The notes under the pieces were generated by a model. That model worked only from the letters and a program-made list of their open reading frames with translations, ran no database searches and was not told where the DNA came from. Source: Macrostomum hystrix (taxonomy: Eukaryota; Animalia; Platyhelminthes). Taken from it: 64,000 nt of DNA. Shown here piece after piece: positions 45,135 through 57,705 of the stretch. The stretch covers positions 8,680,001 to 8,744,000 of the forward strand of contig CATNEN010000039.1 in the NCBI GenBank assembly GCA_950097015.1, given 5' to 3'. Positions within the stretch are counted from its first letter, which is position 1, and each line of letters begins with the position of its first letter. The position numbers and the translations under genes were made by a program.

Positions 45135-46130
45135 CAAACCCACCACACCCTAATGTACACTCGCTCTAAGAATAAATCCCTCATACCCTAATGTACACTC
45201 GCTCTTAGACTAAACCCACAACACCCTAATGTACACTCGCTCTAAGAATAAATCCCTCATACCCTAATGTACACTCGCTCTTAGACTAAACCCACCACAC
45301 CCTAATGTACACTCGCTCTTAGACTAAACCCACAACACCCTAATATACACTCGCTCTTAGACTAAACCCCTCATACCCTGATGTACACTCGCTCTTAGAC
45401 TAAACCCCTTCATACCCTGATGTACACTCGCTCTTAGACTAAACCCCTCATACCCTGATGTACACTCGCTCTTACACTAAACCCCTCATACCTTGATGTA
45501 CACTCGCTCTTACACTAAACCCCTTAATACCCTGATGTACACTCGCTCTTCGACTAAACCCCTCATACCCTGATGTACACTCGCTCTTAGACTAAACCCC
45601 TTCATACCCTGGTGTACACTCGCTCTTAGACTAAACCCCTTAATACCCTGATGTACACTCGCTCTTCGACTAAACCCCTTAATACCCTGATGTACACTCG
45701 CTCTTCGACTAAACCCCTCATACCCTGATGTACACTCGCTCTTAGACTAAACCCCTTCATACCCTGATGTACACTCGCTCTTCGACTAAACCCCTCATAC
45801 CCTGATGTACACTCGCTCTTACACTAAACCCCTTAATACCCTGATGTACACTCGCTCTTCGACTAAACCCCTCATACCCTGATGTACACTCGCTTTTCGA
45901 CTAAACTCCTCATACCCTGATGTACACTCGCTCTTCGACTAAACCCCTTCATACCCTGATGTACACTCGCTCTTCGACTAAACCCCTCATACCCTGATGT
46001 ACACTCGCTCTTAGACTAAACCCCTTAATACCCTGATGTACACTCGCTCTTCGACTAAACCCCTCATACCCTGATGTACACTCGCTCTTAGACTAAACCC
46101 CTTCATACCCTCTCTACTCTCGCTCTTTGA
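45135..46130. repeat. 38-39-bp minisatellite
   Basis: Tandem CTAAACCCCTCATACCCTGATGTACACTCGCTCTTMGA units. Confidence 0.96.
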
Positions 46131-46739
46131 CCAAATTTCTCAAATCTTGTTACAATCTCCCTTTTAGCTAATGTAATATATTCTTAGGAAGCGATGCGTG
46201 TATGGAATCCTGAAATCATTGTTGCGACAAAATAAGTCTGCACTCTTGTTCTCGTAAGCAAAAAATAGCAAACTCATTATAAAATGATTAAAAAGATAGC
46301 GACCTACTAACAGTACTCGTAACTCGTGCAAGAGTTATATTTTTTAGATCGATCGATATTACTAACTGGTAATACCTATGTTGCGAGGCGTTAGTTTAAG
46401 TTCTCTACTCGTAATTATGTTTACCTCGGCTGTACCGGTCGAATGAAGTATTTTACTGATTAACTTATTATTTTAGATTGCGCTACCAGCACACTATTTA
46501 TTAATTTTACAACAAAATACACTGGCTGATTTTCAGACGCCTATAAAAGCTCACAAAGAATATAGTTTTTTTATTGTCGTTTTAAAAATGAAAATTTCTT
46601 TCTTAATGTCGTTACATTTTTTTTATATTTGCGTAATAAATACACAGGATATTAAGTCATTTCTGTGTCATAATCTTTGCTTCTCTAAGATGTCAAAGTT
46701 TGAATGTTTTGTTAGGTATATTTCGTATAATTCAGTATC

Positions 46740-47698
46740 GGCTGTAAGGTTGTTGGCTAGGCTGTGAGGTTGTTGGCTAGGCTGTGAGGTTATTGGCTAG
46801 GCTGTGAGGTTATTGGCTAGGCTGTGAGGTTATTGGTTAGGCTGTGAGGTTATTGGCTAGGCTGTGAGGTTATTGGCTAGGCTGTGAGGTTGTTGGCTAG
46901 GCTGTGAGGTTATTGGCTAGGCTGTGAGGTTGTTGGCTAGGCTGTGAGGTTGTTGGCTAGGCTGTGAGGTTATTGGCTAGGCTGTGAGGTTATTGGCTAG
47001 GCTGTGAGGTTATTAGCTAGGCTGTGAGGTTATTGGCTAGGCTGTGAGGTTGTTGGCTAGGCTGTGAGGTTATTGGCTAGGCTGTGAGGTTATTGGCTAG
47101 GCTGTGAGGATATTGGCTAGGCTGTGAGGTTGTTGGCTAGGCTGTGAGGTTATTGGCTAGGCTGTGAGGTTGTTGGCTAGGCTGTGAGGTGTTTGGGCAG
47201 GCTGTGAGGTTGTTGGCTAGGCTGTGAGGTGTTTGGGCAGGCTGTGAGGTTGTTGGCTAGGCTGTGAGGTGTTTGGGTAGGCTGTGAGGTTGTTGGCTAG
47301 GCTGTGAGGATGTAGGGTAGGCTGTGAGGTTGTTGGGTAGGCTGTGAGGGTGTAGGGTAGGCTGTGAGGTTGTTGGGTAGGCTGTGAGGGTGTAGGGTAG
47401 GCTGTGAGGTGTTTGGGCAGGCTGTGAGGGTGTAGGGTAGGCTGTGAGGTTGTTGGGTAGGCTGTGAGGGTGTAGGGTAGGCTGTGAGGTGTTTGGGCAG
47501 GCTGTGAGGTTGTTGGTTAGGCTGTGAGGGTGTAGGGTAGGCTGTGAGGTTGTTGGGTAGGCTGTGAGGGTGTAGGGTAGGCTGTGAGGTTGTTGGGTAG
47601 GCTGTGAGGGTGTAGGGTAGGCTGTGAGGTGTTTGGGCAGGCTGTGAGGTTGTTGGCTAGGCTGTGAGGATGTAGGTTAGGCTGTGAGGTTGTTGGGT
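46740..47698. repeat. 20-bp minisatellite
   Basis: Tandem GCTGTGAGGTTRTTGGCTAG units, with variant units toward the right end. Confidence 0.97.
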
Positions 47699-48036
47699 TG
47701 TGTTAAATTATTTAAAGCGGTAAGTAACGTGCAAAGTGTAAAGATCGTTATTAGTACTCGTACTTATTGTAGCCCAGAATCGTTCGTTGGATATTACATT
47801 TTTGCCCAAAAGCAAAATAGGCATTAAACTACGATGCATGAGGACAAAATGACCTGTGAGATGAGATGAGATTGGCCTAGTTAGCCAATCGGATGAGAGC
47901 AGGATGGCGACGAAGTTTTTCGTCAATAGAAACCACAGGTACAAGTGCAATTAAAACTGGAAGCCAGGTAGAGAAAGAGACAACACCAAATCTGAAAATA
48001 AGTATTTGCGCTACATCAAAAGCAGAGATCACATTG

Positions 48037-48780
48037 ATGAATTTGTTTGCGCACATTGTTCTACTCGCCATTGTCCTGCAGTGCAGGAGGCTGGCTCTCT
48101 GTGCGAACACGCAGCTCTACACAGCTGTTGACGGAAGCCTGTGCATCAGAAGCGATTTCGTGGAATCGTACCCCCTTGAGATTGTTACTCTAGCTTGCGC
48201 AGCCAAGTGCAGCCGAGACCAGCGCTGCCAGGCCTTCGCCTTGGCTGACGGTCCGTGTCAGCTGTTCGTGTTCGACAAGTGCAGCAAGTCGGTGAGGGAC
48301 TGCAGCTGCTCCAGGAGAGGCCAGGTGTTTGTGAAGCAGCAGCCGGGACTCGAGGCTGGCCAGCTGTGTCCGACTGGCTACGGAGACGACCTGTGCGGTG
48401 TGAAGTACAAGGTGCAGCCCACTGGCAGCTGGGCAGTTCAGAGGCAGAGGTGCGAGTCCGAGAACGGTCTGGTGATATTCGCCGATTTAACGAGCAGCGG
48501 CGAGTTGTCTCAGATTGGACTGATTTACAACACGACTGCTGGCGAAGTCTCACTGTGGCTTGGCGGCCTTCAGCCTCCGGGCAGTGAGGAGCCTTCAGGC
48601 GGCTGGCACTGGGTCTCCTGCAACGAGACGATCGACAGCAACCTGTGGGGCAGCGGGGAGCCGAACAACGGCAACGCGGGCCGGGAAGATGCCACATTCG
48701 CTCGCCTGATTATGGGCGACTCCAGGCGGACGGACTCACACAGGGCCGGTCTGTGCGAGTGCCTGTCACCGTTCAGCTGA
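48037..48780 (+). CDS. Secreted C-type lectin with an N-terminal PAN/apple-like Cys-rich domain, intronless, 247 aa
   Basis: Signal-like MNLFAHIVLLAIVLQC; CAAKCSRDQRCQAF..GPCQL (PAN-like); CPTGY..W....RC; LWLGG, WHW, WGSGEPNN, terminal LCEC. Confidence 0.88.
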   Translation: MNLFAHIVLLAIVLQCRRLALCANTQLYTAVDGSLCIRSDFVESYPLEIVTLACAAKCSRDQRCQAFALADGPCQLFVFDKCSKSVRDCSCSRRGQVFVKQQPGLEAGQLCPTGYGDDLCGVKYKVQPTGSWAVQRQRCESENGLVIFADLTSSGELSQIGLIYNTTAGEVSLWLGGLQPPGSEEPSGGWHWVSCNETIDSNLWGSGEPNNGNAGREDATFARLIMGDSRRTDSHRAGLCECLSPFS

Positions 48781-48947
48781 GCAGCAGGGTCTGAGTCGGT
48801 CCGAAAATTATCTAATAGTTAATTAGATAAACGATTGCTGCGCCACGTAAAGTACATCACAAAATTCTTAGATAAGCTCGTACAAGTTTTTCTAATTAAT
48901 TTTTTTCTTACTTACCTGTTTACAAACATTCTACCTTCTTTTGCCGA

Positions 48948-49260
48948 TGAGGTTGTAGCCTATTGGTTAGGGCGTCGGACTCACGACTTGAAGGTCGGGG
49001 GTTCGATTCCCGACTCCACTGGAACAATTTGCGTCCTTTAGCAAGACACTTAACTCTGCATTGCTTCAGTTCACCCAGCTGTTAAATGGGTACCAGCATC
49101 AGCTGGGATAATTGAAGGTGGGTGTGGCGTCCCCCCAGTCCGTGGACTGAACAGCTGTACGCAGCCTTCAGATGCGCCGCGCATTAGCTGCGGCTGTGCT
49201 GTCGGCTGCACATCTGACCCAATTGGGGCAGGTGTAATCAATTATTATTATTATTATTAT
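48948..49260 (+). mobile_element. tRNA-derived CORE-SINE, family 2, full length
   Basis: tRNA-like head with A/B boxes, CORE-like tcctttagcaagacacttaac..tcagttcacccagctgttaaatgggtacc, 3' hairpin, (TTA)n tail. Confidence 0.9.
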
Positions 49261-50065
49261 TTTGCCGATATTTCGTGACTGTGGAAGTTTTTACTGTTAA
49301 CTGACTGTACTGCTTTACCTGTTAGCGAAAAATAAACCTAACAAATTTCGAATGTTATACTGCTTCAAGTGACAAATATGCATTTTTATTCGCTAATTTA
49401 TCGAGAGATCAAAGTTTTTAGTTTTTATGTGTTCATCGTCAAAATTAATTATTTTAAATGATTTACCACAACCTGAATAGTTAGTATCAATCTATATTCC
49501 CACAGCGTAGGTAAGGTAGTCAGTTACCAAGGGCTGCATGGTAGTCCAATGGATTGGTACATTGTTAATTCCTTGATACTTTTGAGAATATCTCGGACTC
49601 GTAGCTTTTGGCAGCCTTAAATCCTTCAGGAAGTACTGAAAGCAATTTTTACTTGGATGCTAACTTTGGAGGACTTTGGCCAACACAATGAGATTTGAAT
49701 CGATAGAAAGCAACCTATAGGTTCCACGGGCCTAAACAAAGCAGTTTTGGTATCGATTTTTAAGTCAAGTTTAGCCCAAAGCGTGGGCCGAGCTCCCTCT
49801 TTGATTCTAGAGAAAATGCACGAGAAACAGACAATTTCTCAGCTAAAAACTCTGCGGGTGCTAATTATGCCGCGTGAAGCTCGGAGATTGAACTACGAAG
49901 GGCATACAACAATTACTACTGGACTGGGTCAACAAGCAGTCAGGTGTGTGTGTGTGTGTGTGTCTGTGTATGTGTCAATCGACGTGAAATTTTTTGCCAC
50001 TGGGAATTTTCCCTAAATGATCTCTTGCGCCTTACAATCATAATTCTCCTGCTATAGGAGCAGTT

Positions 50066-51502
50066 AGGGGGGGGTCGGTGGCAGAGCGGTTATCGCGTTT
50101 GCCTCTCGCACCAATGTCCCTAAGTTCGATTCCACGGCGAGGCCACATTCGTTTGGGGCGCAGCCGCGGAGAGAAGGCTTTGGGGGCTTTTGTAGTGCAA
50201 TTAAAGCCATTGTGTAGTGTCAGCTGGTTTGCCCTTCTATCTCCCCGTGTTATTATTCAGTACTTATTTTTAGACACGTGTATTTTGCTAAGAGTTCACC
50301 CACACCAAGCCGGGCCGGACCAGCCGGGGGAACGGACGCCCACCACCCCGCGAGCGCTACCCCTGGGCTACAGTCCCGGCCAATCAGCGAGCGACCCGGC
50401 CTCACTACCTGTCTACCCTCGGCAAGAAGCTACCCGGGGGCTCAGAACGGCGGTCGCAAGTCTACTGTGATTTGTCGCCTTGGCTCAAGCTATAGCCAGG
50501 CATCCACCTCGCCGATCGACCTAATTTTGGGTTAAAATGACTCTATAAAAGGAAGCGTGTTTTTGCAGTGACTTTTATCGTTCTCCGCAATTCGCCTCAC
50601 ACTGTGAGAAGCACGTGCAAACCAGTCCACTTTGTTTTGTCTCTCCCCGCCCGACCACGCTCCGCTTGTTCAGTTAGGTAGCTTTCGGCGCTACGCGTCT
50701 TGAGAGTGCGCCGCTGACAAGGGTGGTCCAGATAGGCGCTTGTTGTCGAAGTCAGTACGTGCTCTCTTCGGAGACTCCGCCGTCAGGCTGAAGGAGTGCC
50801 AACCGATAGGATCTGTCGGGGCAGCGCTGAAAGCAGAGGCAACCGGAGCCTCTCGGGAAGAGTAGGGCGCGGATTAGGCCAGTTTAAGAAAATTTGTTAT
50901 ATCCAAATTGTTAGACCAAAACTTTGCTTTTCACTGTGAGCGCGCTATAATTTATTTCCGTGTGAACATCTTTATTCTGTCAATGTAACTTTTAAATCAA
51001 GTAAACGAGATTCAAATTAATTCCTATTCTTATCTGGAATCTTAGCGAGTCACAACTGATTAAATCACTCGCAATCAATTTATTCGAGTCTTCGCGTTCA
51101 TACTGTGTTATTCTTTTTTTCATTGGGAGTTTCGCCGGGCCGGAGGACGACACAGGGGTCTCATCGCTTATCTATTCCGCTTCGCTCGCTACCACAGTCT
51201 CTAACGCTATTTAATTCCAGATTTCCCTGCTGCTATTGAAACGATTGGTGGGACACCGACCCCGGTGAATAGTGAATAGTCGCTAGCTTTAAATTCCTCA
51301 CGCTCCAGCTATAGGACATTCATTTTATTAAACTTGAGGACCAACCTCCAAGGCACAGTGAGGGTGTACACTGCCTGACGTGTGCCTGTGCTTATGTGCT
51401 CTGGAGTCAGCGAAATGGGCAGAATTGCCTCCTCGCTGGCTGCGGGTCTAGTGTCACCATTTGATACGCCATTGCCCGCAGCCCTCCTGCACTTATTATT
51501 AA
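50066..51502 (+). mobile_element. SINE family 1 split in two (50066-50212 and 51333-51502) by an insertion
   Basis: Head and tail are collinear with intact copies at 22.8 and 27.6 kb. Confidence 0.85.
50213..51318. mobile_element. Probable solo LTR (~1.1 kb)
   Basis: TGT...ACA ends with imperfect inverted repeat (TGTAGTGTCAGCTGG / CCAGCTATAGGACA), TATA-like CTATAAAAGG at ~50543, no coding remnant, no clean TSD. Confidence 0.6.
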
Positions 51503-52032
51503 TCTTATTATAGGAACAGTTCAGCAACGCCTTATTCCTCTATCCGATTAAACAACTTCCAGAATTAAACAACTTCTGTTATATATTTAACAAAACGTTT
51601 TTAATGTTTCATTCATTTGGAAAACGGCAAAACATAAAGCGATAAAACCGTTCAAACTTTACTGACGTTCTGGGAGGTCAACAAGCTGTCAGGTGGGGTA
51701 TTGTCAATCGAAGTTCGACACTTAGGCATCGATAATGAGGCTCTGTTGTAACTCTCAGCAAAACCAATGCAAAGTAGCCTTTCGTTTCAGCGGGTTGAAA
51801 GAATGAACTCCATTGTGTCAATATGATAGCATTTCAACCCTCGACTTGTTTACACATTGTCAAAATCCCCCAGCCGACATGCTAGCTGAGTAGTTATTGA
51901 GTTCATTCATTGATATGCGACAGACAGCGGGGCAAAATGAGCTTTGCCATAGTGTAGTCAGTCTGCGTGCTTAAAAGCTACAACGGCTACTTCCAGTACC
52001 ATATCAGTTTGCTAATATTGCTAGTTTTACTA

Positions 52033-52769
52033 GTGAGTGAGTGAGTGAGTGAGTGAGTGAGTGTGTGAGTGAGTGAGTGAGTGAGTGAGTGAGTGTGTGA
52101 GTGAGTGAGTGAGTGAGTGAGTGAGTGAGTGAGTGAGTGAGTGAGTGAGTGAGTGAGTGAGTGAGTGAGTGAGTGAGTGAGTGAGTGAGTGAGTGAGTGA
52201 GTGAGTGAGTAGTGAGTGAGTGAGTGAGTGAGTGTGTGAGTGAGTGAGTGAGTGAGTGAGTGGGTGAGTGAGTGAGTGAGTGAGTGAGTGAGTGAGTGAG
52301 TGAGTGAGTGAGTGAGTGAGTGAGTAGTGAGTGAGTGAGTGAGTAGTGAGTGTGTGAGTGAGTGAGTGAGTGAGTGAGTGAGTGAGTGAGTGAGTGAGTG
52401 GGTGAGTGAGTGAGTGAGTGAGTGAGTGAGTGAGTGAGTGAGTGAGTGAGTGAGTGAGTGAGTGAGTGAGTGAGTGAGTGAGTGAGTAGTGAGTGAGTGA
52501 GTGAGTGAGTGAGTGAGTGAGTGTGTGAGTGAGTGAGTGAGTGAGTGAGTGAGTGAGTGAGTGAGTAAGTGAGTGAGTGAGTGAGTGAGTGAGTGAGTGA
52601 GTGAGTGAGTGAGTGAGTAAGTGAGTGAGTGAGTGAGTGAGTGAGTGAGTGAGTGAGTGAGTGAGTGAGTGAGTGAGTGTGTGAGTGAGTGAGTGAGTGA
52701 GTGAGTGGCGAGTGAGTGAGTGAGTGTGTGAGTGAGTGAGTGAGTGAGTGAGTGGCGAGTGAGTGAGTG
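52033..52769. repeat. (GAGT)n microsatellite
   Basis: Direct reading. Confidence 0.99.
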
Positions 52770-53548
52770 GATTGAAAGATAAAGAGTAGGACTGGTTTAG
52801 GAAACATAATTGGCAGACAAAAAAAATATTTTGTCGGCATTTGGAATGGTAGATGAAGGGAAATATAGCGCGTTGAATGAGAGCATGCGAGCTAGGATGG
52901 GAAATCATGAATTTTTGTGGTACTCAGGAGAATGTCTGGCGGTACAAACGGACAATGAGAAATAAACATTTTAGTCTCAATTTCCATGAATCCCGCTCTG
53001 CGCACTGCATTACTATGAGTAGCCAGTTCTGTTCATGTAATGAAAATCACGTTTTGGATCTGTTTAAATTGTTTTGTCTTTATAGAGACTGTTTAAGAGA
53101 ATATCCTGACCCTTAAATCAGGTAAACACAACGCATTCCACTCGTGAGGACAGTGATTCATTTGGCTAGCCCAATTCACATTCCTTTCTCCGCCCAGTCA
53201 GAGGTGCGAATTCCAATAAATTTAATTTAACAGCCTCCCCGACAACAACCTCCTACACCAATGCAATACAATGCAGTACCAATGAGCGAAACCTGATTGG
53301 CGGCATCTTCCCTCTCCTTTGTACTGTCTCGCTGAGACACTGTACTCTCAGTTGATAGCAGTTTAAAAGCTACTTAATGCTACTATATGCTATTTAATCA
53401 CATTCCTGCTTTTTTCCGAATCATTAAGACAAATGATTCATTAAGAATCATTTGTCACATTAAGACAAAAAATTAAAATGGCCTTCCCATATAAGTTTTC
53501 AACTTTGAGTTGCCAGATCTCCAGGATGAGATATCAAAAGGAAACGCA

Positions 53549-53863
<315 letters not shown>

Positions 53864-55450
53864 GAACAGGATCGTGGCTAGATCGAGTAGGGATTCGGGG
53901 AGCAGTACTGAGTTTTCTAAATGCAGCGTCCTTTTTAGCATCGATTGGTTTGGATGGAAATAGGTTAAAAACCAGTTTGCTCCCGCTTGACTGCGGCAGA
54001 ACAAAGAGGATTTTCGAATAGCTAGAGCAGTCTCGAAACAGAAAATTCCTGGCTTTTTATTTAAAATTCTGCCTCCGAGATGAGTTAAAGTTAAACAATG
54101 CTCAACTGCACGACAATGCTAGGATTAATGCTTTTATGCCTAATGCTTTTTTCCCGTCGAGAGATCCCGTGTTCTTTGATAAAGCGCGTTCTACCACTGA
54201 CGAATATTTACATATGTCGCATGGGCTAATGTCGGTGTGGCGCAGATCTTAACTACTTGTACAAGTTGACGGACGCACTGAACTGGAGGTGGTGTGACAC
54301 AGGCAGTCCCGTAGTGAGGTGTCTCCAGCACCGCGGTTGAACGGAAGAGACTCTGAAAAAAAGGCCTTGGCAAAGCAGCAAGGTGGAGACAGACGGGAAG
54401 ATGGCTTGGCTTAGCAATCTATGAAGAGGCGGCTCGCACAATTAGCCCACACTGCTGAGGCTATTTCTCAAGGAAATTGAAAGGGAAAGTACGCGGCCTC
54501 TATAAGATAGACGCGAGCCAGTCTCTCAAGCTGCCGGACCTCGTTTTCGGCACTAGCCTTTGCAGTGTAACTCGGCTTCGACGAAATTGGGAGCTGGAGT
54601 GAGCTAGAGCAAGAAGGTTGGGGCAGGTAGGCAGCAGGCAGGTAGGTTGGCACTCCCACCTATTTCACTAAAGATCGAAAGTGGCTAAAAATCAAATTCC
54701 GAGATTGGAGCTCTGCAGTCATGAAAGGCTTAGGCTGGCAGCACAAAGGGAATGATTAAAAGCTGCAAATCTGGAGTTTTAAAGAAAGCCCTAAGCCTAG
54801 GAAACCTGCAGATTTATCCGGTATAAATCAGTGCTTTATCGCGCAGGCCCCACTTACTAAGCCTTTGCGGCGCTGGAGCATTAGAAAATAGAATCCCCTC
54901 CAGAGAAGACGGAGCTCGGGCTGGCAACAACAGGAAGGTGGGCGCGAGACGAGAAGATACTCGAAGCCCAAGGAAAGCCACTCCGCCCCCCTCTATCCCA
55001 TGTCGTCCTGGGTTGCAGATTCTGAAAGCAGGAAGGCTCAGTAAGCCTATAGCAGTGATAGGCCTCCCCCCCTACTCTCTACCTCGTGAGCTGAGGCGGC
55101 TGCTGCGGTTGTACAATTGGCACCGTGAAAGAAGAGGAAGATGAAGAAAAAAATGCTGGAAAGCCGCGCTGCAGATACCGCACTCTGAGCGCGGGGTTTA
55201 AAGCGAGAGCGCCATTCGCTGAACAGCGGCTTCCACAGGCCGGGAGGAAGGAAAGACGCGAAATTGGATTATTTATTGCGGATTGAACAAGCGCGATGGG
55301 ACTAGGCTGACCTGGACGCGTCAAAGCGCGATAGCCTGACTGGCAACAGCTGCTGCAAGAAGTCAATTAGTTCTGTCGCTCAGCAGACAAAGTGGACTCG
55401 AAACGTACAGTAGAGGTGAGTCAGAAACACGCGCGCGCCAGTCAGTAGGA

Positions 55451-56698
55451 ATGACGCAGGCTGACAGAGAAACTGCTGGCCGCATCGCACTGGTTCGGCT
55501 GTCCGGCAATTGTTCCGTCGATCCTTCTGAGCCAGTGGGCTATCTGTCCGTCTCCACTGCCGTCTACACCACCTCGCTGATGCTGCTGAGCGCACTGAAT
55601 GTTGGTCTCAACGCCTTCGCGCTGCGCATCCTTCCCAGCGTGATGCCGCGTCGCAATCCGGCCTACCGGCTGCTGGCTAGCCTGTCCATTGCCGAGATCG
55701 TGTTCAACGCCAGCGCGTTGAGCAATCAGGCTCTGGTGTACGCTTACGGGCGGCAGCGATGCGCCTTCTCCAGCCCGACAGCCGGGTTCCTGACCTGCTC
55801 CGGCATGCAGGCGCTGCTGCTGCTGCACCAGACTCTGCACCGATTCCGAAACTGGACGGTGGTGTTCATCGGCTGGTGCCGTTTCGGCGGACTTTTACGC
55901 TGCTGCGGACGCACCGTCGGAGCCGGTGACAATGACGAACGGAGCCGCCTCAGCGGCTATCCTGCTCTGCTCATGAACTTCGCCCTGAGCCTAGCCTTCA
56001 GTGCGCCAAAACTGCTGGAGAACAACGCAATCGTGTGCTTGGGCAGCCTTCGTCTCAGCCAGGAATCTACGTGGCTGGCGGACGAGCCCGCCTACCGCAT
56101 CGGCTACACCTACATTGCCAGCTACCTGAGCTCCACGGTGGCTCCGGTGTCGCTGCTGGTCGGCCTGCACGGCTGCATCTTGCGCAGCCTCGTGCGCGAC
56201 CGACGCCACTGGCGACGCTCCAACGAGGCGGAGAACGGCGCGGCAGCGCACGGCGTCTCTCCTCTGACCGGTTCGCCAAGGCACGGCGATTTGCTAATCG
56301 CCACTCTGGTGGCCACCTTCTGCCTGTGCGAGCTGCCAGCCTTCGTTGCCGCGTTTGTCTACTTTCACAGCGCCGATTGGACCGTGTCGCACCACCTGGT
56401 ACACCTGGCGCACCTGGGCACAGCGCTTGACTCCACCCTCAACCTGCTGATCTACATCTTCCCCTACCGTCGAGTGGTTCGCTATGTCCGCCTTCGCCGA
56501 GCCGCCGCCGAGGAGCGCAAGCTGCGCCGCGAGTTCCAGCTGGCTCCGATGCAGCGACGCCGCCGGAGACGCTCAAAAGACGGCGAACTCGACGACGGGA
56601 ACGAGGACAATGACGAGGTTGACAATAACTCGCCGACGCGCGGATTCACTACGGTCGGACAGACCAACAGCCGGGGCAACAGCCAGTCGATGATCTGA
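55451..56698 (+). CDS. Intronless orphan rhodopsin-family GPCR (peptide-receptor-like), 415 aa
   Basis: Seven hydrophobic segments; TM1 VGLN, TM2 LASLSIAE, TM3 end WCRF, TM5 VAP, TM6 FCLCELP, TM7 DSTLNLLIY. Confidence 0.9.
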   Translation: MTQADRETAGRIALVRLSGNCSVDPSEPVGYLSVSTAVYTTSLMLLSALNVGLNAFALRILPSVMPRRNPAYRLLASLSIAEIVFNASALSNQALVYAYGRQRCAFSSPTAGFLTCSGMQALLLLHQTLHRFRNWTVVFIGWCRFGGLLRCCGRTVGAGDNDERSRLSGYPALLMNFALSLAFSAPKLLENNAIVCLGSLRLSQESTWLADEPAYRIGYTYIASYLSSTVAPVSLLVGLHGCILRSLVRDRRHWRRSNEAENGAAAHGVSPLTGSPRHGDLLIATLVATFCLCELPAFVAAFVYFHSADWTVSHHLVHLAHLGTALDSTLNLLIYIFPYRRVVRYVRLRRAAAEERKLRREFQLAPMQRRRRRRSKDGELDDGNEDNDEVDNNSPTRGFTTVGQTNSRGNSQSMI

Positions 56699-57230
56699 GC
56701 TGGCCGTGAGATGCACCGGGTCTAAAGCCTTTATTTGTAGATTCAATGCACTTTTGAGCACATTCCTCGCACAATATCTATTGGAAAAGTTTCAACAATG
56801 TTTTGGTTTTCTTATAAAAGCCAGCTTTGAGTGACAAAGTTTCCTCAAACAAAAGTCTGATGTCCATTTGCGTCCCATTCTGTGTCCTTAGTCCAGTGTG
56901 ACGGCGAAGATATGTTTTATACAATTTTGATTATTAATTCGCAATTATAATATCATTTTATTTATATGCTCGTAATCTCTGTGTTCGTTGTAGCTCCAAA
57001 AATGTAAATATCGTGTTTTATTTTTCCCATTTTTATTCCCTATTACGATAGCTTTATATAAGTTGCTGCATATTAAGTTGAGCGCAAAATAAAAGGACTA
57101 CCAGAAGGACAAAAAGTAGAATTAAACATTTTTTCCACAAAAAGCTTTATTAAAGGCCCATTAACGATCATTAACGATCTAGGGCAAAGGAAATCAAGCC
57201 GTGAAGAAAATACTGTGATTAGCTTGAGAG

Positions 57231-57705
57231 ACAGCCAATCAGAGCGAAGGAAAGAGAGTGGGGTAGAAAACACACTAGCATCAACTGGGTCCGCCAGCCA
57301 ATCAGAGCGAAGGAAAGAGAGTGCGGTAGAAAAGACACTAGCATCAACTGGGTCCGCCAGCCAATCAGACCGAAGGAAAGAGAGTGGGGTAGAAAAGACA
57401 CTAGCATCAACTGGGTCCGCCAGCCAATCAGACCGAAGGAAAGAGAGTGGAGTAGAAAAGACACTAGCATCAACTGGGTCCGCCAGCCAATCAGACCGAA
57501 GGAAAGAGAGTGGAGTAGAAAAGACACTAGCATCAACTGGGTCCGCCAGCCAATCAGACCGAAGGAAAGAGAGTGGGGTAGAAAACACACTAGCATCAAC
57601 TGAGTCCGCCAGCCAATCAGACCGAAGGAGAGAGAGTGGGGTAGAAAACACACTAGCATCAACTGAGTCCGCCAGCCAATCAGACCGAAGGAGAGAGAGT
57701 GGGGT
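57231..57705. repeat. 63-bp minisatellite
   Basis: About 7.5 tandem units containing CAGCCAATCAG. Confidence 0.96.

Noticed and set aside
45135-46130. CTAAACCC/ACCCTAA telomere-like words
   Set aside because: Embedded in a 38-39-bp unit; no TTAGGG array
48948-49020. tRNA-like sequence with CAC in the anticodon position
   Set aside because: It continues into a SINE body without an oligo-T terminator and the acceptor stem is poor; it is a SINE head
51427-51485. GCCTCCTCGCTGGC in the SINE family 1 tail matches the HDV genomic P3/L3
   Set aside because: The following strand pairs with downstream GCCCGCAGCC as a plain hairpin; there is no upstream P1 strand and no P1.1 GG
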